From Acidothermus cellulolyticus 11B (lineage in GTDB: Bacteria; Actinomycetota; Actinomycetes; Acidothermales; Acidothermaceae), in the NCBI RefSeq assembly GCF_000015025.1, contig NC_008578.1, forward strand, positions 1,110,001 through 1,142,000: DNA of 32,000 nt. Direction: 5' to 3'. Of the stretch, positions 27,469 through 32,000 are shown one piece after another. The number at the start of each line of letters is the position of its first letter. Position 1 is the stretch's first letter. The translations under genes and the position numbers were made by a program. The notes beneath the pieces were generated by a model, which was given only the letters and a program-made list of their open reading frames with translations, was not told the DNA's origin and did no database searches.

Positions 27469-28857
27469 ATGGCAGGACAACGGCGTACGACGACGGCGCC
27501 CGCCAGCCGGCGCACTACCACCACGGGGACGCGCACCGGGGTCAAGCGCACCACCGCCGGTGGCGCGAAGCGGAGCGTGTCGGCGAACGCTTCGGTGGCG
27601 GGTCGGAAGGCCACGACACAGGCGACCGCGAAAAGGGCCGCGGGGAAGGCCACCGCGGCGAAGCGCGCCGCGGCGGCGAAGGCCACGGTGACGAAGACCG
27701 CGGCGGTGAAGGCCGCCACGAAGAAGGCCACGGCTGTGAAGACCGCGGCGACGAAGACCGCGGCGGTGAAGGCCGCGGCGAAGAAGGCCGCGGCAAAGAA
27801 GGCCGCGACGAAGAAAGCCGCGGCAAAGAAGGCCGCGACGACGAAGACGTCTGCGGTGAAGACCTCGGTAGCAACCAAGGCGTCTGCCGGGGCGAGAGCA
27901 GCTGCCCGGGCGTCGGCACCGGCCAAGGCCGCGACGACCGCGGCCAAGAAGGCCGCGACGAAAAGGGCTACGGCGCCGGCTAAGCCCGCGGCGAAGAAGG
28001 CTGCGGCGCCCGCGAAGACCCCGGCGAAGCAGGCGGCTGCTTCCAAGAAGGCGGCGGCCACGGCGGCGAAGGCACCGGCGAAAGTGACCGCTCCCCGGAA
28101 GGCCGCAACAGCTGCCCAGCGGGGCGGAGCGGCAGCCAAGGCGCCGGCGAAGGCCGCGCGGAAGGCACCGGCTCCACCCACGAGCGTGCCACCGGCAACC
28201 GTCACCTCGCCGTCCGGCCCGACGCCAGCCGAGACCGCCGTTCGCCATGAGGCGGAGGTGCCTGGCGGCGTGCTCTCGTCACCGGCAGCGGCCCAGCCCG
28301 CGGAACCAGCCGGTGCGGAGTCGTCCGCGTCTGCCGTCGAACCGCCGGCTGCCGAACCGCCGGTCACGGCACCGTCCGCCGGCGTCGACGCCGCAGCAGC
28401 TCCGGCCGAGTCGGAGACCCCCGCCAACTCGACAGCCACGGCGCTCCCATCCGGAGCCGGCGACGTCGGAGCCGGCGAGATCGCGGATGAGTACACCTGG
28501 ACAGCGGCTGAGCTCGACGAGATTCGTGCGCAGCTCGAAGCGGAGATTGTCCGGTTGCGCCGGGAGATCGAAGTCGCGGAGTCGGGGCTCGCGGAGCGGA
28601 TGCGGGACGGCGGCGACGGCGCTGGTGACGACCAGGCGGACGCCGGCACGAAGACGTTCGAGCGGGAGCACGAGATGTCCCTGGCCAATAACGCCCGGGA
28701 TCTGCTCGTGCAGACCGAGCACGCACTCGCCCGCATCGCAGATGGCACGTACGGCCGTTGCGAGAACTGCGGCAATCCCATCAACAAGCTCCGGCTGCAG
28801 GCGAATCCGCGTGCGACGCTATGTGTGTCCTGCAAGCAACGGGAGGAGCGTCGCTGA
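27469..28857 (+). CDS. TraR/DksA-family C4 zinc-finger protein with ~330-aa Ala/Lys/Thr/Pro-rich N-terminal tail
   Basis: The C-terminal ~120 aa hold a coiled-coil plus CENCGNPI...CVSCK (CxxC-x17-CxxC), typical of DksA/TraR. The N-terminus has repeats of the AAKKAATKK type. The ATG is preceded by GAGAGG..GAGGGGG. The ORF-track start 27274 lies in the ileS leader region. Confidence 0.8.
   Translation: MAGQRRTTTAPASRRTTTTGTRTGVKRTTAGGAKRSVSANASVAGRKATTQATAKRAAGKATAAKRAAAAKATVTKTAAVKAATKKATAVKTAATKTAAVKAAAKKAAAKKAATKKAAAKKAATTKTSAVKTSVATKASAGARAAARASAPAKAATTAAKKAATKRATAPAKPAAKKAAAPAKTPAKQAAASKKAAATAAKAPAKVTAPRKAATAAQRGGAAAKAPAKAARKAPAPPTSVPPATVTSPSGPTPAETAVRHEAEVPGGVLSSPAAAQPAEPAGAESSASAVEPPAAEPPVTAPSAGVDAAAAPAESETPANSTATALPSGAGDVGAGEIADEYTWTAAELDEIRAQLEAEIVRLRREIEVAESGLAERMRDGGDGAGDDQADAGTKTFEREHEMSLANNARDLLVQTEHALARIADGTYGRCENCGNPINKLRLQANPRATLCVSCKQREERR
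27655..27870 (+). repeat. degenerate in-frame tandem repeats (gcg/gcc-aag/acg units) encoding (A/T)(A/K)KKAA-type low-complexity tail
   Basis: Reiterated gcggcgaagaaggccgcg, gcaaagaaggccgcgacg and gtgaagaccgcggcg strings encode ...[53 protein letters not shown]... Confidence 0.8.
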
Positions 28858-28901
28858 CACCCGCGGAGCCCTCTGCACCGGATGCCGCACCGCGCCGGCG
28901 G

Positions 28902-29450
28902 ATGGGCATTTTCTTCGGAGCCGCGTCGGCTGTCTTCGTCTGCGACGTCGTTTCAAAGATCATCGTCGTCGCCACCCTCTCGGACCGGCCGCCGGTCCGG
29001 CTCCTCGGAGGCCTCCTCACGCTGGAAGAGACCCGGAACGCGGGTGCGGCGTTCAGCATCGGCACCGGAGCGACCGCGCTGTTTGCGGTCGTCGCCATCG
29101 GCGTCATCGTCGTGATTGTCCGGACGGCCCGCCGGCTCTACAGCGCAGCGTGGGCGTGGGTGTTCGGGCTCCTGCTTGGCGGGGCAACGGGGAACCTCAT
29201 CGACCGCTTGGTCCGCTCCCCGGGAATCTTCCGCGGGGAGGTCGTTGACTGGATACGGCTGCCGCATTTCGCCGTTTTCAACATTGCCGACGCGGCGATT
29301 ACGGTCGGTGGTGTGCTGGCCGCCTGGCTTGCCCTGACCGGCCGGCATTTCGACGGCCGCCGGATCGCGGAGTCCTCTCCGCACCGCCACGTCTCGCCGT
29401 CAGATGCCGAGGAGCCCGCTGCCGACCGGAGCAACGCCGCCGGTGAGTGA
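28902..29450 (+). CDS. lspA: lipoprotein signal peptidase (signal peptidase II)
   Basis: The motifs are [10 protein letters not shown] and [14 protein letters not shown], with four hydrophobic segments. ATG 28902 is the first in-frame canonical start, and follows Arg-rich codons. The C-terminus is extended and hydrophilic. Confidence 0.88.
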   Translation: MGIFFGAASAVFVCDVVSKIIVVATLSDRPPVRLLGGLLTLEETRNAGAAFSIGTGATALFAVVAIGVIVVIVRTARRLYSAAWAWVFGLLLGGATGNLIDRLVRSPGIFRGEVVDWIRLPHFAVFNIADAAITVGGVLAAWLALTGRHFDGRRIAESSPHRHVSPSDAEEPAADRSNAAGE

Positions 29451-29471
29451 GACGTTGGACCGTGCCTGGGA

Positions 29472-30425
29472 GTGTCGCGCGTGACCGACGAATCGTTTGA
29501 TGACCGTCTGCTGCCGGTCCCGGAGGGGTTGGACGGCGAGCGGGTGGACGTCGCCATCGCGCGGCTGCTCGGCTTGTCGCGGACTCGAGTCGCCGATTTG
29601 ATCGCCGCGGGTCAGGTTCGGGTCGACGGCGTCGTCCCGGCGAAGTCCGCTCGGCTTGCCGCAGGGTCGTGGCTCGAGGTCCGCGTGCCCCGTCCCGGAC
29701 CGCCGCGCCCGCCGGTGATCCCGACACCGGTGGCGGACATGGCGGTCGTGTACGACGATCCGGACATCGTCGTCGTGGACAAACCCGCCGGGGTCGCGGC
29801 GCACCCCAGTCCCGGCTGGGAGGGTGCGACGGTCCTCGGAGCGCTCCTTGCCGCCGGGTATCGGGTCGCTACTTCCGGGGCGGCCGAGCGGCAAGGCATC
29901 GTCCACCGGTTGGACGTCGGCACCAGCGGGCTCATGGTGGTCGCCAAGAGCGAGCGGGCGTATTCGACACTCAAACGCGCATTCCGGGAACGCGAGGTGC
30001 ACAAGATTTACCACGCGCTCGTGCAGGGACACCCGGATCCGGTGCGCGGCACCATCGACGCCCCGATCGACCGGCATCCGGTGCACGAGTTCCGGTTCGC
30101 GGTCGTCGCCGGCGGAAAGCCGAGCGTCACGCATTACACGACCCTTGAGGCCCTGCCGGCCGCGAGCCTGCTGGAGATCGAACTCGAGACCGGGCGGACC
30201 CATCAGATCCGGGTGCACATGGCGGCGATCCGGCATCCGTGCGTCGGTGACCTCATGTACGGCGCTGACCCCACGTTCGCGGCCCGGCTGGGCCTGGACC
30301 GCCAGTGGTTGCATGCGGTCCGCTTGCGCTTCACGCACCCGATCCTCGGCAGCCCGATCGAACTCACCTCGTCGTACCCACCGGATTTGGATCGGGCACT
30401 GCGGATCGTGCGTCAGGCAGCGTGA
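29472..30425 (+). CDS. rluD: RluA-family 23S rRNA pseudouridine synthase (RluD-like, with N-terminal S4 domain)
   Basis: S4-like [30 protein letters not shown], the catalytic [15 protein letters not shown], and [10 protein letters not shown] are present. The position downstream of lspA is the conserved one. Confidence 0.88.
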   Translation: MSRVTDESFDDRLLPVPEGLDGERVDVAIARLLGLSRTRVADLIAAGQVRVDGVVPAKSARLAAGSWLEVRVPRPGPPRPPVIPTPVADMAVVYDDPDIVVVDKPAGVAAHPSPGWEGATVLGALLAAGYRVATSGAAERQGIVHRLDVGTSGLMVVAKSERAYSTLKRAFREREVHKIYHALVQGHPDPVRGTIDAPIDRHPVHEFRFAVVAGGKPSVTHYTTLEALPAASLLEIELETGRTHQIRVHMAAIRHPCVGDLMYGADPTFAARLGLDRQWLHAVRLRFTHPILGSPIELTSSYPPDLDRALRIVRQAA

Positions 30426-30529
30426 CGCGTCGCGGCGGTCTAGGGTGACCTCGACGCCACGGTACGTGCGGACACCCGCCACGACGGGTGGCGGTCCGCA
30501 CCGCGCTTCAACCAACGAGGGGGTGCACG

Positions 30530-30937
30530 ATGACGGTTCGACGCATCGACTACTACTACGTGACGGTTCCCGACGCTCCGGGCGAAGGACGCCGGGTGTT
30601 CTCCTCCCTCGCCGAGCGGGGCGTCAACCTCCTCGCCGTCCTGGCGTTTCCCGTGGGTGACGGGAAGTCGCAGGTCGATCTCGTTCCCGAGGATCCGGCG
30701 GCGCTGGAGTCCGCGGCGGGTCAGGCAGGTCTGGAGCTGAGTCCGCGCAAGCATGCGTTCCTCGTGCAGGACGACGACCGGGTCGGCGCGATGGCAGAGG
30801 TGGCCGGGAAGCTGGCGGACGCCGGGATCAACGTGACGGCGGCGGCTGCGGTAGCAGCCGGCAACGGTCGGTACGGCATGTTGCTCTGGGTATCGCCCGC
30901 CGACTACGAGACGGCGGCGACGGTTCTCGGCGCGTAA
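30530..30937 (+). CDS. small protein with two ACT-like repeats
   Basis: 135 aa with an internal duplication: YYVTVPDAPGEGRRVFSSLAERGVNLLAVLAFP and FLVQDDDRVGAMAEVAGKLADAGINVTAAAAV. The ATG lies after GAGGGGG. Confidence 0.5.
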   Translation: MTVRRIDYYYVTVPDAPGEGRRVFSSLAERGVNLLAVLAFPVGDGKSQVDLVPEDPAALESAAGQAGLELSPRKHAFLVQDDDRVGAMAEVAGKLADAGINVTAAAAVAAGNGRYGMLLWVSPADYETAATVLGA

Positions 30938-31012
30938 GAAGGGACCAGACGGTAACGCGCTCGGCGCAGCGGCCGCAGCGGCGTCACGCGCTGCAAGGAG
31001 GGCCGGTGAAGG

Positions 31013-31414
31013 ATGGAGAGCATCGAGATTCCGGTAGCGACGGGCAGCACGCTGGTCAGCGATGTCACCGACGAGGTTGAGCGGTTCTGCGCGGGCCGCG
31101 GTGACGGCCTGGTGCACGTCTTCGTCCCGCACGCCACGTGCGGCGTTGCGCTGATGGAGACCGGCTCCGGCAGCGAGCACGATCTTGCGGCGGTCGTCGA
31201 TCGGCTGTTGCCGCGCGACGGCCGGTATCGCCACGCGCACGGCTCCCCGGGACACGGTCGCGATCACCTGCTGCCTGTCTTCGTCTCGCCGTCCCTCGTG
31301 CTGCCGGTTCTCGGCGGACGGCTGGCTCTCGGCACGTGGCAACGCGTCGTCCTCGTGGACACCAACGTGGACAACCCGCGCCGCCGGGTTCGGCTCTCGT
31401 TTCTCTCCGGTTGA
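31013..31414 (+). CDS. yjbQ: YjbQ/UPF0047-family protein (secondary thiamine-phosphate synthase-like)
   Basis: ITDEV-type N-terminus (VTDEVERF), GLVHVFVPHATCGVALMETG, HGRDHLLP and LGTWQRVVLVD are family hallmarks. Confidence 0.8.
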   Translation: MESIEIPVATGSTLVSDVTDEVERFCAGRGDGLVHVFVPHATCGVALMETGSGSEHDLAAVVDRLLPRDGRYRHAHGSPGHGRDHLLPVFVSPSLVLPVLGGRLALGTWQRVVLVDTNVDNPRRRVRLSFLSG

Positions 31415-31506
31415 CGCACCACGCGGCCAGGGAGTACCCGCGCGTCGGCTACGACCCGGAGCGGGGCGTCCAGTACCCTCCCGGTGGTGACCGAGGAGGG
31501 TGAGCC

Positions 31507-32000
31507 GTGACCGACGTCCTGGCCAGCGCCGAACGAGTGCTCCGCGACGGTATCGGGTTGACCGAGCCCGAGCTCCGCGCGGTTCTCGATGTGGACGACG
31601 ACTCTCTGCCGCGCCTTCTCGACCTGGCGCACCGGGTGCGGCGCCGCTGGTGCGGTCCTGGTGTGGAGATCGAGGGGATCGTCTCGGTCAAGACCGGCGG
31701 TTGCCCGGAGGACTGCCACTTCTGCTCCCAGTCGGGCCGCTTCGACTCGCCGGTCCGCAGTGCGTGGCTGGACATCCCGAACCTGGTAACAGCCGCGGAG
31801 CAGACGGCGGCGACCGGGGCGACGGAGTTCTGCATCGTCGCGGCCGTGCGGGGTCCTGACGACCGGCTGATGCGCCAGGTCCGCGCCGCAGTCCGGGCGA
31901 TCCGTGAAGCCGTGGACATCAACATCTCGTGCTCGCTCGGCATCCTCACGCCGGACCAAGCCGCGGAGCTAGCTGAGATCGGCGTCCATCGCTACAACCA
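31507..32000 (+). CDS. bioB: biotin synthase BioB, N-terminal part (3' end outside window)
   Basis: Hand translation from GTG 31507 (6 nt after GAGGAGGG) gives [15 protein letters not shown]...[23 protein letters not shown]...[11 protein letters not shown].... The radical-SAM CxxxCxxC lies in a BioB context. The frame is open to the window end and is absent from the ORF track. Confidence 0.88.
   Translation, partial: MTDVLASAERVLRDGIGLTEPELRAVLDVDDDSLPRLLDLAHRVRRRWCGPGVEIEGIVSVKTGGCPEDCHFCSQSGRFDSPVRSAWLDIPNLVTAAEQTAATGATEFCIVAAVRGPDDRLMRQVRAAVRAIREAVDINISCSLGILTPDQAAELAEIGVHRYN

Noticed and set aside
27438-28835. 465-aa minus-strand ORF rich in Ala/Phe/Val opposite the DksA-like gene.
   Set aside because: It is the mirror image of the GCN/AAG repeat tract. 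The plus-strand frame ends in a bona fide DksA/TraR zinc finger and has an SD and start. The antisense frame has neither motifs nor a sensible start context.

Overview
High-GC, actinobacterial-type chromosomal segment, almost fully coding. (1) 1-12.0 kb is the distal dcw cell-wall/division cluster, mostly with overlapping stop/start codons: murE (5' partial), murF, mraY, murD, ftsW, murG, murC, ftsZ, pgeF(yfiH), yggS. No ftsQ lies between murC and ftsZ. (2) 12.0-19.7 kb is a ~7.7 kb block inserted between yggS and sepF. It carries ten co-directional, translationally coupled genes: a group-3b-like (sulfhydrogenase/Hyh-type) [NiFe]-hydrogenase (4Fe-4S beta, stand-alone cNMP-binding protein, FAD/NAD gamma, small subunit, large subunit), its endopeptidase, a zinc-finger-less HypA-like protein, HypC, a DMT/EamA transporter, and an unknown protein with a HypC-like C-terminus. 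The block is bracketed by a 49-nt imperfect direct repeat, which is the 3' end of yggS duplicated as an orphan remnant at 19716-19764. No integrase or transposase is visible. (3) 19.8-23.2 kb holds sepF, an opposite-strand membrane-anchored protein with a duplicated extracytoplasmic module that interrupts sepF-yggT, then yggT, divIVA and an unlisted 59-aa two-TM ORF. (4) 23.2-32 kb holds a hypothetical gene (-), ileS (-) with a structured leader, a DksA/TraR zinc-finger protein with a ~330-aa Ala/Lys-rich tail, lspA, an RluD-like pseudouridine synthase, an ACT-like protein, a YjbQ-family protein and the 5' part of bioB. I recognised no tRNA, rRNA, CRISPR array, IS element or integrase. The many long Arg/Pro/Ala-rich ORFs on opposite or alternative frames are GC-driven shadow ORFs. 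All functional calls come from reading motifs in the supplied translations. No database search was run.
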